Assembly (NCBI GenBank): GCA_019058275.1 | Contig: JAHLVW010000085.1 | Location: 1 to 50,853 of the forward strand | Length of the DNA: 50,853 bases | Direction: 5' to 3' | Source of the DNA: Candidatus Heimdallarchaeota archaeon | GTDB taxonomy: Archaea > Asgardarchaeota > Heimdallarchaeia > JABLTI01 | In this document: positions 28,387 through 39,656 of the stretch, piece by piece | Layout of the letters: each line of letters starts with the position of its first letter | Numbering within the stretch: position 1 is the stretch's first letter | Program-made: the position numbers and the translations under genes | The notes under the pieces: generated by a model | The model's input: the letters and a program-made list of their open reading frames with translations, nothing else | Told to the model about the DNA's origin: nothing | The model's database searches: none

Positions 28387-28905
28387 GTGGTTCAGATGGA
28401 GGAAGAACTCAAAACTCAATTGAACAAAGAGGATGTCAAACGTTATATCAAGGATTTGAAAACTGGTGACACTAAAGAACGAGCTGTTGCTGCATATATG
28501 CTTGGAATCATGGGAGAAAAGGATAAGAGCATTAGACGGGCTTTAACTAAGGCCCTTACTGATGATAATTGGGAGGTACGTAAATGGGCTGCTCTTTCTT
28601 TAGGTGAGATAGGTGAGAAAGACAGTAAATTAATTCCTATTCTCATTGATGTTATGAAGCGAGATGATAGCAAGGAATTCCGCAGTCATGCTGCAATCAT
28701 TCTAGGAGAATTCGAAAAGCGAGCTGCCTCTGCACTGCCAACACTTCAAGATGCTACTCGAGATGATAATACTCGAGTTCGTGAGTGGGCTAACTGGGCT
28801 GTAAATAGAATCGCTGGAGAAACAACGAACTATCAAGTTAACTATCCTGCAGAGAGACCAAAATTGAGCGATAGACTTCGTTTTGCAGAAAAAGATTCAG
28901 ATTAA
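28387..28905 (+). CDS. HEAT/PBS-lyase repeat protein
   Basis: Repeated L.D.N..VR..AA..LG units. Confidence 0.88.
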   Translation: MVQMEEELKTQLNKEDVKRYIKDLKTGDTKERAVAAYMLGIMGEKDKSIRRALTKALTDDNWEVRKWAALSLGEIGEKDSKLIPILIDVMKRDDSKEFRSHAAIILGEFEKRAASALPTLQDATRDDNTRVREWANWAVNRIAGETTNYQVNYPAERPKLSDRLRFAEKDSD

Positions 28906-28920
28906 TGTTGCTCATCATTA

Positions 28921-29700
28921 TTATTCAAGCTCAAATTCCGCCAGTTCTCCACCTACTGTGTGATAATGAAGATCTATGCGTTTTTCTTCAGGAACTGATT
29001 GATCATCCATTTCTTTTGTAAATTTTTCTTGTAAACGAGACAACTTGCCATACATTTCTGCTATTAATTTAAGGATCTCAAATAGGTGTCGAGGAGTAGA
29101 GATTTTCAAATCAATATTACTTATGGATATACTACCAATTGGATATTGCTTGTTTTTTGGTTTAGCTCCTTTTTTAATAGCTTTTTCTATTCTTTCTAAA
29201 TTATTTATCATGAAATTCTCGAGTACGTGATTATAGGCTAATCTCTTTCTATCTCTATGTGCAGTGTCCCCTATTTCTGGATTTTTAGCCATCAAATCAA
29301 AATAAAATTTAGCGATCTCCTCATCTGTTTTGCCAGATATGACTTCATATAATTGAGTAAAAATATCTTCCATTTTCTCAGGAGGTGGTTCACTGAAATA
29401 TTTCAATGCTAGATCAGTTGGCTGATAAAAAATACCTTTTTGAGCATGAGTTTGCTCTTCATCAATTCGTAGTAATTCAGGTTTTTTAGTTAATTCCTTT
29501 ATGTGATAGTAAATAGTGGCTTCGTTTTTACTTAGTATTTTAGCTAATCTCTTAATGTTAGATGAACCAAATGTGTTAATGGCCATAATTATTGCATGCC
29601 TTGTTTCAATTTTGTAGACTTTTGATATGCGATCAAGAATCTTCTTGTCTTCCTTTATATCCTTGTATTTAACATCCAAATCCTTAATCTTCTTACTCAT
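28921..29700 (-). CDS. Winged helix-turn-helix (ArsR-like) regulator
   Basis: TR..I...IKRLAKILSKNEATIYYHIKEL. Confidence 0.8.
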   Translation of the reverse strand: MSKKIKDLDVKYKDIKEDKKILDRISKVYKIETRHAIIMAINTFGSSNIKRLAKILSKNEATIYYHIKELTKKPELLRIDEEQTHAQKGIFYQPTDLALKYFSEPPPEKMEDIFTQLYEVISGKTDEEIAKFYFDLMAKNPEIGDTAHRDRKRLAYNHVLENFMINNLERIEKAIKKGAKPKNKQYPIGSISISNIDLKISTPRHLFEILKLIAEMYGKLSRLQEKFTKEMDDQSVPEEKRIDLHYHTVGGELAEFELE

Positions 29701-29752
29701 ACTCTAATCCTCAATTCAATCTTGTAAACTTCTGTCAATTCCACTATAAAAA

Positions 29753-29839
29753 TTTAATCATCAAATTATTTTGATTATCCAATTATTTATATAGGTGATT
29801 GATAAAGATTTAATCATCAAATCGTTTTAATCATCAAAT
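29753..29839. promoter_or_regulatory. Putative operator: 14-bp direct repeats TTTAATCATCAAAT flanking a TATA box
   Basis: Exact copies at 29753, 29809 and 29826, and a 3-mismatch copy at 29770; two pairs at 17-bp pitch. Confidence 0.7.
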
Positions 29840-29848
29840 AATAAAACC

Positions 29849-30916
29849 TTGGAAGAGAAAAAAATGACTGAAACAAAAGTGGAAAAGAAACATCTAATAC
29901 AAGAGTCTGAGAACGAAGAATTTACTCTACGTCCTTTAAATCTAAAACAAGATTTCGAGGAATTGATTCCTTTTTATGATCAAATCTTCGAGAAGGAATT
30001 GTCAGCAAAGGGGGCATCAGTTAGAGCAATGCTTTCTGAGATGAAGGCATTCATGCCCTTCTTCAGATTCATGGGTTTATTTTCAAAGAATTTTAGGCAT
30101 GTTCTTGATGGCTTTGTTTACGAGAATAGTAAAGGAAAAATTGTTTCTACAGTTAATATCGGTTACAGCGGTAATTTTTGGGAGATCGCAATGGTTGCAA
30201 CTCATCCAGATTTTCGTAGACGAGGATTGGCTAAGAAACTGATCTTTGAATCATTGGATCATGCAAAAAAACATGATGCTAAAATGTGTGTTTTAGAAGT
30301 TTTAGAGGAAAACGAACCAGCCTATAGATTATATCGAAACCTTGGATTTCATCACTTTGACACTAGAATAAAAATGAGGCTTGAAAATAACAAACTAACC
30401 TCTACAGATAAGCAAGAATTACCAACTGGTTATTCTATTAAAATTCGAAAGCAAGATAAACAAACAGGCATTGACATGTATGAACTAGAAAAATGTGCAA
30501 CACCCCAATCAGTTTTGGACTATTTACCTGTTAATAAAATAAAATACCAAAAACCATTTCTAATGAGATTAATTAGACCATTTGTCAAGTTGTTTATCCG
30601 AATGAAAAGTTTCAGATGGACAATTCATTATAAGGATAGGATAGTTGGAATTTTGTTTGTAAGTGTTGGTCGATCTAAAGATAGTTGCCATGATATGGAA
30701 CTAATAGTTGATCCAAAACATCGTGAAGAAATAACACAACCACTAATTAGCTATGCTTTGAATCACATAAAAGATAACACATCCTTTGATCTAAATACAA
30801 TTACAATGATAAGGAAAGTTGATGAATACTTGCTAGAAACTTTGAATAACTTTGGCTTTGCCACTTTCGAGACTGATCATATTCTTGGATTAAAGTTCCA
30901 TAAAAATGTCAAATAG
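29849..30916 (+). CDS. GNAT family acetyltransferase (tandem domains)
   Basis: VATHPDFRRRGLA, NEPAYRLYRNLGF. Confidence 0.88.
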   Translation: MEEKKMTETKVEKKHLIQESENEEFTLRPLNLKQDFEELIPFYDQIFEKELSAKGASVRAMLSEMKAFMPFFRFMGLFSKNFRHVLDGFVYENSKGKIVSTVNIGYSGNFWEIAMVATHPDFRRRGLAKKLIFESLDHAKKHDAKMCVLEVLEENEPAYRLYRNLGFHHFDTRIKMRLENNKLTSTDKQELPTGYSIKIRKQDKQTGIDMYELEKCATPQSVLDYLPVNKIKYQKPFLMRLIRPFVKLFIRMKSFRWTIHYKDRIVGILFVSVGRSKDSCHDMELIVDPKHREEITQPLISYALNHIKDNTSFDLNTITMIRKVDEYLLETLNNFGFATFETDHILGLKFHKNVK

Positions 30917-30954
30917 AGAAATAAGCTATTGGATCGCTAGTTAATTCTACTAGC

Positions 30955-31875
30955 TTAATCCAACTTTTTTTCATAAATACCCCAAGTTGCTACTTTGCTG
31001 AGTCCTAGTGATTTTACTGCTTCTTCAAAACGCAAAACAGAATACACAACATCTACAAGAAAATACTCACCATTCTTTTCTATACTTCTGTTTATTGTTT
31101 CTATAATCAATTCTTTGAAATTCTCATCATTTTTTGCTTCAATATAAAAGGATGCAATGATTTTCTCATTAATATTGTTTGGACATGCATAAGAGTACCC
31201 TGTCAGTTCATCATTTTCACGTATTACTAAATGACTTACCAAATCCTCTCTTGAACTAATATCAAGAATGTACTTCTCTGCTTGTTCATTTGATATCAAG
31301 AAAAATTCTGCTATCCAATTAGTGCATTCCTCTAAATCCATTTCTTTATCAAATTCCTCAACTTTATTTGTTAGTCTTTCAAGCTTTCCTTTGCTTAATT
31401 CATAATTATAATAGAGTTTGTAACCAAGAGGATATTTTTGATTCTGTATAAATCCCAATTTTTCAATGTACTGTACACTTCCCTTTCTCATTGTTGATAC
31501 TCTAACTCGTACCAAATTTACTCCTTTCTCCTTTAGTGCAGAGATTATTCTTTCCATTAACAAATCTGTGGCTTTTTCATATCCTGGGAAAACCCTTGGA
31601 TAGAATATTCTTGCATATACACAGTCTTCTTCTTTCAAATCAGGTCTGATTAGTGAACTATAGCCAATTCTAGCTAAAATATAACCTACCAATTTTCCAT
31701 CTTTGAAACAAGATAACAGAAGTTTAGGATCAAAATCAGGTTGTGAACAGATATTCCTTAAACCTTCGATTGAGTGTTGGTAGGGCCAAACCCATTTTAA
31801 AGCTACTTCTGTTCCAACTTTTACTAGTTCTTCTTCCATTCCTGGTTCATATTCTTTTATCAAATACTCAGACAA
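30955..31875 (-). CDS. GNAT-fold protein (tandem, divergent)
   Basis: GKLVGYI, V.PGY, YIEKLGF pattern repeated twice. Confidence 0.7.
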   Translation of the reverse strand: MSEYLIKEYEPGMEEELVKVGTEVALKWVWPYQHSIEGLRNICSQPDFDPKLLLSCFKDGKLVGYILARIGYSSLIRPDLKEEDCVYARIFYPRVFPGYEKATDLLMERIISALKEKGVNLVRVRVSTMRKGSVQYIEKLGFIQNQKYPLGYKLYYNYELSKGKLERLTNKVEEFDKEMDLEECTNWIAEFFLISNEQAEKYILDISSREDLVSHLVIRENDELTGYSYACPNNINEKIIASFYIEAKNDENFKELIIETINRSIEKNGEYFLVDVVYSVLRFEEAVKSLGLSKVATWGIYEKKLD

Positions 31876-32074
31876 TTTTCTATCCCTTCTAAATAATTTG
31901 TTATTCAGAAAAGAATCCGACTAGCTTCTGAATAGTAAAACGAGTGATTTTAGATTATTTTCTCTTAAAATAAGGATTGTTATTTCTCTTGTCTTTTTAC
32001 TAATTTACAATACATAGTGAGTTCGCTCTCATATGCAAGTTTCCATTAGAAAAAAAAGTAAGTTTATTATAATC

Positions 32075-32530
32075 TTATTGTTGTAATGCCGCACCACAAT
32101 GACGACAAAAAGTTACATCTTTCTTAACAAGAGCTCCACATGTGTTGCAAAACATTTCATCAGCTTGTTTTTGTGGTGGTGGTGGAGAAGGAAAATGTTG
32201 TGGTGGTACTGGTGGTTGTGGGGGATGTGGTGGTGGTGATGGTGGAGTAACAATAATTGGAGTAGTTGATTTTGGTGAACCATCCCAAGATGAAACAATT
32301 CTCCCCATGCTATCTGTGAAAGAACCAGCTAAAATGATAATAAGATCAATTATAAACCATAAAAATCCAAATCCACATAATGACAATAGCAATAATAGAA
32401 TGCCAGATCCAGATTTACCGACATAAAAACGATGTGCACCAAATCCCCCAAGAAATAAACAAAGGAGAAGGGCTACAGTTCTGCTATAAGGCGAAACACT
32501 GCTCTGTTGAACGTAAACTACAGTAGTCAA
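32075..32530 (-). CDS. TM2-domain protein with Pro-rich linker and zinc ribbon
   Basis: [28 protein letters not shown]-terminal CNTCG...CRHCG. Confidence 0.9.
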   Translation of the reverse strand: MTTVVYVQQSSVSPYSRTVALLLCLFLGGFGAHRFYVGKSGSGILLLLLSLCGFGFLWFIIDLIIILAGSFTDSMGRIVSSWDGSPKSTTPIIVTPPSPPPHPPQPPVPPQHFPSPPPPQKQADEMFCNTCGALVKKDVTFCRHCGAALQQ

Positions 32531-32648
32531 TTAAATAACCTCTAATCACCTTTTTTTATTGTTAATTGTTTTCCATATATATAAAAGAAACTATCCAAAA
32601 TAGCGTTTAAAATGATAACATAATTCATTCTAAAGCAAGAAAAAAAGT

Positions 32649-34552
32649 TCAATTACATAAGGATATCATTTTATATCTTTTCTTTATATTATTTAAACGA
32701 ATGTAGGAAAAAGCTGTTACCATTAGTAATGCTGGGATGATTATCTCTATATTAAAACCAGAAGCTTTTGGAGTATAACCAATATCATAACCTGCAATTG
32801 TAATGTAATATCTTGCTCTGTCAAAGATCATGGTTGTATCTGATAATGTTAGGATTGCACCAAATTCCCATCTTTTGATAAATTGGATGATCTGCAATTG
32901 AATAATCTCCTCTATGAACTACATCATTGATTTCTACTCTATCAATTGCATATGAGATTGCTTTTCTTATAGCTAGTCCAACTGTGATGGATTCATCCCC
33001 TGGAGCAGGATTTGGATTGCCAATATGATCTCTATCTTCTCTCATATTATAACCAAGAAAATTGAAAGCACTTGTAACCTCTTCTTGGATAGTATAATCG
33101 GGATTTGCCAAATATGCATCTCTCTTATCCATGAAAGTACCTAATTCAACCAAATCTATTTTACCTATTTCAAATTCTAGCAATCTGGTATATAAGTCTG
33201 GAATAATTCTTATTCTCAAACTATTTACTCCATTTGAGAAATCTCCAAATCTCTCATCTGAGTTCATATTTGTTTTGTCTACTGAAGAATCTGTTAACCA
33301 ACAATCCTCAAAAATCGTTAATGTTGTATCTATACCTTCATTATAGGAACCTAACTCAAAAGGACCTGTTCCTAAGCAGTTTGTTGCGAAGGTATTCCAG
33401 GATTCATCAAGAATGTCTGGAGTAACTCCATCTGCTTCTTGTGTTTGGTTCAAGTAATGCTCAGGAAACATTTGAGTAGAAAGACGTGGTAAGAATGATG
33501 TGAATGGTTCATTTTCTAGTGTATCATGATCTCCATCAATAAAAATGTCAATTGTGTATTGATCTACAATCTTCATTTCCTCTATCCACTTATACAAGTG
33601 TTGAGTTTCTGATACATGTGCCCATGAGTATAATGAGAAATAGATATCATAGGCATCAAAGTATTCATCTGTAAATACTCTTCCAGGATCTGTTTGCCAT
33701 TTGATTCCTTCTCTACATTTTATCCTAATACAAGTATCATTCAACATTGTATAACTCTCTGCTAAATGTGGTCAAGCTTTCTGTTCAGCATCATAGTAGA
33801 TTAAGGGATCCATAATAGCGTTACTTATGAAAGCTGAAGCAGAATCAGAATAAAAGAATGGATTAAGTTCATGCCATTCATCATCTGCTACTACTAATTT
33901 AGATGAATCCTCTTGTTCAGTATGTAATCCTGTGAATTTCATTTTACCAAAGGAATTTATTACTCCATCAGAGATATTATAACCATCTAAGTTTGACCAA
34001 ATTGCCATATAATTATTTGGAACAAAGGTAGGTTGACATGGAAGAATCTTATCCATTAGGTGTTGTTGCCAGTCCCAGTAATGCTGTAACCGTTCTGATG
34101 AATCTGGTGGCATGATTAATTGCCCTTCTTTCATATACCACTTATTTAATCCCGTTCCTAGATCATCATCCCAGTCCATAGATGTGTTATAACCAAAAAT
34201 ATTGAGTGCTCCGTCCTCATTATAAACTCCTGTAAAGTCTGGATCAGCTCCCCCACCTGATATTCCTATATAGCAGATATCAAAATCTCTAAAAGTTAAT
34301 AATTCGCCCACAAATACGCCCCAATCTTGTACAATAACATCCAATTCCGATTCTTGCAAGATGCTGTTTTACAAAGTTAAGAATATCTGGTCGAACTCCA
34401 CCTCCATTTGTTTTCGCAACTAGAGTAAAGATAGGTTCAGTTGTCCCTTCAACATCAATTGGCTTTTTAATAATTTTTCCAGCATTTAAGAGGATTAGAA
34501 TAGTATAAACACAGAATATAAAATTCCTATTTTTCACTAAATTATCACCCAA
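32649..34552 (-). pseudogene. ABC transporter family 5 solute-binding protein, in four pieces
   Basis: GTGPF, RKAISYAIDR, LAESY and L..IGI motifs; frameshifts near 34345 and 32825; in-frame TGA at 33772-33774. Confidence 0.85.
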
Positions 34553-34661
34553 GAATTGGTTTTTTGATTCCTCCCTTAGATGTATTTATGACTATTACTT
34601 CATAAAAATATCGCTGAAATTTTTCATTTATCTAAAAGAATTGTATTATAATTTTTAATCA

Positions 34662-35273
34662 CTATTCAGCTTTTAATCCAACCTTTTGATACATTCTTTC
34701 TTTCCTTTCTTTTGTCAATTCCTTAGCATATTTCTTGTAGATCCATATCTCCCTATCTATAGAGGAAGAATCATCACTAACAATATATGGTTTTAAAATT
34801 TGTTTAAGAAAATCAACCCTACCAAGGAAAAACCATTCATTAAATTCATCTTTTATCTTCATTAATACTTCGTAATATTTTTTGAAATTTTCATTTACTT
34901 GCTCAATGAAAAACATTGGTTTTAAAATATTCAAATATTCTTTTCGATAGAAATCTTTCATGTCCTGATTCAATTCTTTGTCAGCTAATTTTGCTTCAAA
35001 TTCCTCGATTTTCCTGCTCGTTCTATGAATACTATCTTTGTAATTCAATTCAATTTTTTTCAGCTCAATTCTAATCAGATTTAGCTCATGTGTCATATGC
35101 CTACTGAAATACTTCTCATATTTTGCTTGTTCTGTTATTTTCTCTGCTAATTTTTGAAAATTTTTAATTTCTTGAAAGAATGATGAAACAGAATCTGAAT
35201 ATGCAAATGAAATTACTGTTTTGCAAAATTTTCTAATTTTATTTCCGTGCTTTATTCCTTTCATGGAATACAC
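34662..35273 (-). CDS. Hypothetical helical/coiled-coil protein
   Basis: 203 aa charged ORF. Confidence 0.6.
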   Translation of the reverse strand: MYSMKGIKHGNKIRKFCKTVISFAYSDSVSSFFQEIKNFQKLAEKITEQAKYEKYFSRHMTHELNLIRIELKKIELNYKDSIHRTSRKIEEFEAKLADKELNQDMKDFYRKEYLNILKPMFFIEQVNENFKKYYEVLMKIKDEFNEWFFLGRVDFLKQILKPYIVSDDSSSIDREIWIYKKYAKELTKERKERMYQKVGLKAE

Positions 35274-35372
35274 AATCTCCGATATTCTTGTTAATTCATC
35301 TTTTCCTTAAAAAACTAAGCTAAATAATTTAGGTAAATCCAGCTTTTAATAAAAAGAAAAAAAGAATAATGG

Positions 35373-36425
35373 TTATAATGGAACCAAACGAATCAATTCA
35401 TTTATTCCACGACCATTAGTCAATTCTAATTTTTCTCCATCCTTAAAGATGAACTTACCCTTGAGTTTTACCGGTAAATCATAGAAAAGTGAACTCCATC
35501 CAGGTATGTTGTCTACCATGAAATCTTCCATTCTTGTAGGTGGTTGAATAAGTTGAGGATATCTATAAGGTTCAATTGTATATTTTAGCTTCCCTTTATC
35601 AGTTCGAACATCAACGCTTTGCTCCCAAGGAATAAATCGTTTAGCTTCGTCAAAATAAACCCAGCTTTCAGGCACAACCTCAAATTTGTTTGCAAAAAGG
35701 TAATCATCTGAGTCAATCAAATAGACTTTACCTGTTTCAAAATGAAATGGACTTCCCTCATTTGTCTGGGATTCTGTGTGACAAATATAAGTATAAAGTT
35801 GATCGAAATTAGCATAAATCCAGTTCATTATTCGAATTTGGAAGAAGTTTAATTGACCAAACCAAACATGCTCAAATAAACCTGGAGCATTATCTACTAC
35901 TAATTCCTTTCCGTTTGCTTTTATTGTTCCATTTGCCCATGATAGGGATTCTATGCCAGCTACTCGAGTGTCTTCTGTAACCTCACAGAGAGCACCCTTT
36001 TCTTTGCCCCAATAAAAAATCGGTCCTCTTGGTTTTAACGTTAAATCGAGTTCCAAATTTTTATTCTTGGAAATCACTCTTCTTTGATCCTCTTTACTAA
36101 TAACTTTCATATCGCCCATTTCAACTATTAGCTGATCATTTTGAGCATCAAATCTGAAGTCATCTTCATCTATGACAAAATTGATGTCATTTTTTGGCTT
36201 CTTTAAAACTGCAACACCATTTTCTTGAACAATCTCAACCGGATCCCAAGAAAGACTAAAGAAATTTTGTTGTCCGAGAAGTGAACCCTCAGTTAACGAT
36301 AGCTTTAAGCAGTATTCTGTTCCTTCGTAAGTAAAATCTGCTGTGTGATACCAGTTGTTATACCTACTTGCTTCCCCTAAAAATTTCGGTTTTAATTCAT
36401 CAATTGTAATTTTTTGTGTAGTCAT
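35373..36425 (-). CDS. Hypothetical beta-rich protein (possibly tocopherol-cyclase/AttH-like)
   Basis: NWYH, G.FEHVW and WIYANF patterns; divergent from SCP2. Confidence 0.6.
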   Translation of the reverse strand: MTTQKITIDELKPKFLGEASRYNNWYHTADFTYEGTEYCLKLSLTEGSLLGQQNFFSLSWDPVEIVQENGVAVLKKPKNDINFVIDEDDFRFDAQNDQLIVEMGDMKVISKEDQRRVISKNKNLELDLTLKPRGPIFYWGKEKGALCEVTEDTRVAGIESLSWANGTIKANGKELVVDNAPGLFEHVWFGQLNFFQIRIMNWIYANFDQLYTYICHTESQTNEGSPFHFETGKVYLIDSDDYLFANKFEVVPESWVYFDEAKRFIPWEQSVDVRTDKGKLKYTIEPYRYPQLIQPPTRMEDFMVDNIPGWSSLFYDLPVKLKGKFIFKDGEKLELTNGRGINELIRLVPL

Positions 36426-36594
36426 TAAAATCTCTCCAACACAAAATAATCAAGTATCATTATTATGAAACCTTATAAATTTAATTGAAACTGGAAATTG
36501 GTAGTTTGAAAGGCGACAAAAATTGCAACCAAGGAAAACGTTTCACTTAAATAGTTTAAGGACTTTATAAAAGAGAATTAAAATTAAATGTCTA

Positions 36595-36948
36595 ATGGAG
36601 GAAATACTAGGAATGCCTACTCGAGAAGAAGTTGTTGATGCATTAGAAGCAGCTCGTAAAAAACTGCTTGATGAAAACGCAAAAAAAGAATTCAAAGGAT
36701 GGACAAGGACTATCCAATACCACTTTAAAGACACAGATGAATTTTGGCATTTTGATGTCATAGATGGAATACCAGGTCAACTAGTCAATGAAGAATCTGA
36801 TGATGCAGAAGTCAAATTCAATATGACAGAGGATACCTTGCTAGGGTTAATTGATGGTAAAATAAAAGGAATGGTTGCTTTTACAACAGGTAAAGTAAAA
36901 GTCAAAGCTTCAATGAAAGACATATCGAAATTGCAAAAACTCGTCTAA
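36595..36948 (+). CDS. SCP2 sterol/lipid-binding domain protein
   Basis: ...L..GKI.GM.AF..GKVKVK signature. Confidence 0.85.
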   Translation: MEEILGMPTREEVVDALEAARKKLLDENAKKEFKGWTRTIQYHFKDTDEFWHFDVIDGIPGQLVNEESDDAEVKFNMTEDTLLGLIDGKIKGMVAFTTGKVKVKASMKDISKLQKLV

Positions 36949-37014
36949 TAACCATTTTTTCTCTTTATTTTCATTTTTACATTGGGATTATTTGATATGA
37001 TTTTGAGAATGAAA

Positions 37015-38123
37015 TTAAGGTTTTGGAAATAGTGATATGCCTAGTAAATCATAACCTAAATGAATCGCTACTCCTGTGCCAATGAAATCCATTGTAAAAT
37101 TATGATTCTCTGATTTTGTTTCTAAGTTAAGTACTTCTTGTACTCGCTTGGCATCATCAATTATTATGCCATAAAAGATTATACCTTCGAGCTCTTTACC
37201 TTCAAACTCAATTTGTATAGCTTTAGCAATTTCCTGTATTAATTATTCCTTACTTCTGACTGTTTTAAAAGCTTTCAAATCACCATTATTGTTCATGTTC
37301 TCAATGATTACTGGTTTTAATCCTAGTAAATTGCCAAAGAAAGTTGTTACCCTTCTAACACATTCACTTTTCCTTAATGCTGTTAAAGAGTCTATATAAA
37401 TGTAGGAGATGTGTTTTTCTCTTACCCAATTAAGATAATTAATAATTTCTTCTAAGCTTTTTCCCTCTTCATCCATAGAGATAGCATTTTTCATCATTAA
37501 TTTCATTAAAGGATCTGTAGTTTTTGAATCAACAATTAGCACATTTTTTGCTTTATCTGGATTTTCCTTCGCTAGTAGCTTTTTAGCTTTGATTGCATTG
37601 TTAAATCCTTCACTATATCTTTTGCTAACAACGAGCACAATTATAGGCTTATCTTCTGGAGCTTTTCTAAAAGCATTTAGAAAAGATTCAACTGTAACAG
37701 GAAAACTACAAACACTTTTATCTAACATCAAATTTTCATAGACCTCTGGAAAGAACATCTCCTCATTGTAATTTCTTCTTGAACCATCATCAATGGTAAT
37801 AGTAAAAGGAAGAACATCCGTTCCAATAGCTTGACCTTCTTCTGGAGTGATTTCACTAATGGCGTTAATTATATAGTGATTTAGCAAATCGATTTTTGTT
37901 TCAATTTCTTCGATTTGTGCGTAAGCACCTCGAATAAGCCCTTCATGATCAATATATACCATTAGTTTATGTAAAGGTGTACCATGTGCAGCAATAGTAA
38001 TTCCAGCTAGACCACTGGAATATCGACCTTCTAAATCTTCTTTGCTTAAGCTAAATGATATAACTTCTTTGCAGAATGGACATAAGAGTGTGAATTGTTT
38101 AGTTTGACAATCATTTCTGTCAT
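37015..38123 (-). pseudogene. DegV family fatty-acid-binding protein with an N-terminal CxxC/H/H domain, disrupted
   Basis: ATG 38123 behind GGGGTG is one base out of frame; in-frame TAA at 37243-37245; VDSK, LLGLKP and terminal AIHLG motifs. Confidence 0.8.
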
Positions 38124-38351
38124 CACCCCAACTATTCTACTTCAAAGATTAATATATTAGTAAGTTACGTTTGTTGCAAATGATTAACGAGTATAGTGTT
38201 TTTTTGATAAGAAAGAACCGATAATTTCTTCCTTCTTTTCTTTCCTTTTTCAGTTTAAAACCAAAAAACTGTTTTTAAACAATTAAAAGAGATTCTTTAT
38301 TATAAATCATAATTAATAATAATATGGAATTAAATATGGAACTGATGTTGG

Positions 38352-39587
38352 ATGGCAATAACAATAGGAAATCGGAAATTTGATAGGGAAAAACGAAAAA
38401 AGCAGGAAGATGCAAATGATAAAGGATTCAAAGGATTCATGATTTCTCTTGCTGTTATATATCTATTAACAGCTACAATAGCTACCACAGTTTTAACACC
38501 AAGAGTGATGAAAGCAAATCGGAAATATGAAAACGGAGAAATAGTTATCTTAAATGATAATGATTTTACAATAAAGTACAACCTTCCTGGTTCAGGAGCA
38601 TTTGATGATCCTTACCGCTTAGAAAACATTACTTTGCAAACGAAAAAATTATGGGGCATATACATTGATGAAACTACAAAGCATTTCATCATTAAAAATT
38701 GTACAATTAAGGCTAACCAAACATCAATTCTCATTTTACATGTTGCATTTGGTACAGGAATAGTTGAGAATAATACTTGCATAGCTAATTCTCCTGATCA
38801 TTATTCTAGTATAATAGTTAATTTTTGCTCAGGTACAAAAATACTCAAGAATATTTGTAAGAATGGATTTTCGGATAATAATTATGGGATATCTCTATAT
38901 GGTTCACCTAATTGCATCATTTCTGAGAATATATGTAATAATTTTCGAGAAGGTATATCATGTTATAATTCTATAGGAAATTTAGACATTAGAAATAATA
39001 TTTGTAATTATAATACTGTTTCAGGAATAAACATATACAATTATGTTTATTCTGATTATTACACAATTGATAGTATTGTAATTTACAATAATACTTGCTT
39101 AATGAATTATGTAGGTTTAGATGTCACTCTTCAAGAAAGGTTCTATGTTTTTATAATTGAAAATAATTTTAGTAACAATACAATTGATGGTATATCACTT
39201 GAAGATCATGATTGTGAAAGCATAATAGCAAATAACCAAATAAGCAATAATGGTTTAGGAATCCGTTTATATTCCTCTTGGAATATTACTATAGAATATA
39301 ATCATATAAACAACAATACAGATTTCGGTATGATTTTATCTCATGTCTATAATTGTTATGTTTATCAAAACAATTTCCTGTACAACAATCTTGTAGGTCA
39401 GATTGAAGGTTTAAAACAAGCATCAGTAGAATATCAACGTTATTATTATAACCACTTTTGGTATAATAATGCAACAAAGAAAGGAAACTATTGGTCTGAT
39501 TTAGTATGGTCTGAGACAGCAATTTATAATATAACCAATACTACTGATGCTGATTTATATCCATTACAACATCCTGTGGATATATGA
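38352..39587 (+). CDS. Right-handed parallel beta-helix (NosD/CASH) surface protein
   Basis: N-terminal TM, GSG..DPY.LE, I.NN...N..GI repeats, GNYWSD, DLYPL. Confidence 0.88.
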   Translation: MAITIGNRKFDREKRKKQEDANDKGFKGFMISLAVIYLLTATIATTVLTPRVMKANRKYENGEIVILNDNDFTIKYNLPGSGAFDDPYRLENITLQTKKLWGIYIDETTKHFIIKNCTIKANQTSILILHVAFGTGIVENNTCIANSPDHYSSIIVNFCSGTKILKNICKNGFSDNNYGISLYGSPNCIISENICNNFREGISCYNSIGNLDIRNNICNYNTVSGINIYNYVYSDYYTIDSIVIYNNTCLMNYVGLDVTLQERFYVFIIENNFSNNTIDGISLEDHDCESIIANNQISNNGLGIRLYSSWNITIEYNHINNNTDFGMILSHVYNCYVYQNNFLYNNLVGQIEGLKQASVEYQRYYYNHFWYNNATKKGNYWSDLVWSETAIYNITNTTDADLYPLQHPVDI

Positions 39588-39656
39588 TTAACTCATAAAT
39601 TTTGTAACAATCTATTATTGGATGAAGAAAAAAAATTATGTCAAAAAGATGATAAG

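Noticed and set aside
32172-32246. (GGT)n-like low-complexity tract
   Set aside because: Explained by the proline-rich linker of the TM2 protein on the minus strand.
11215-37245. Stop-codon reassignment or selenocysteine/pyrrolysine readthrough
   Set aside because: All three stop codons occur as internal stops alongside frameshifts, and all three also end intact genes.
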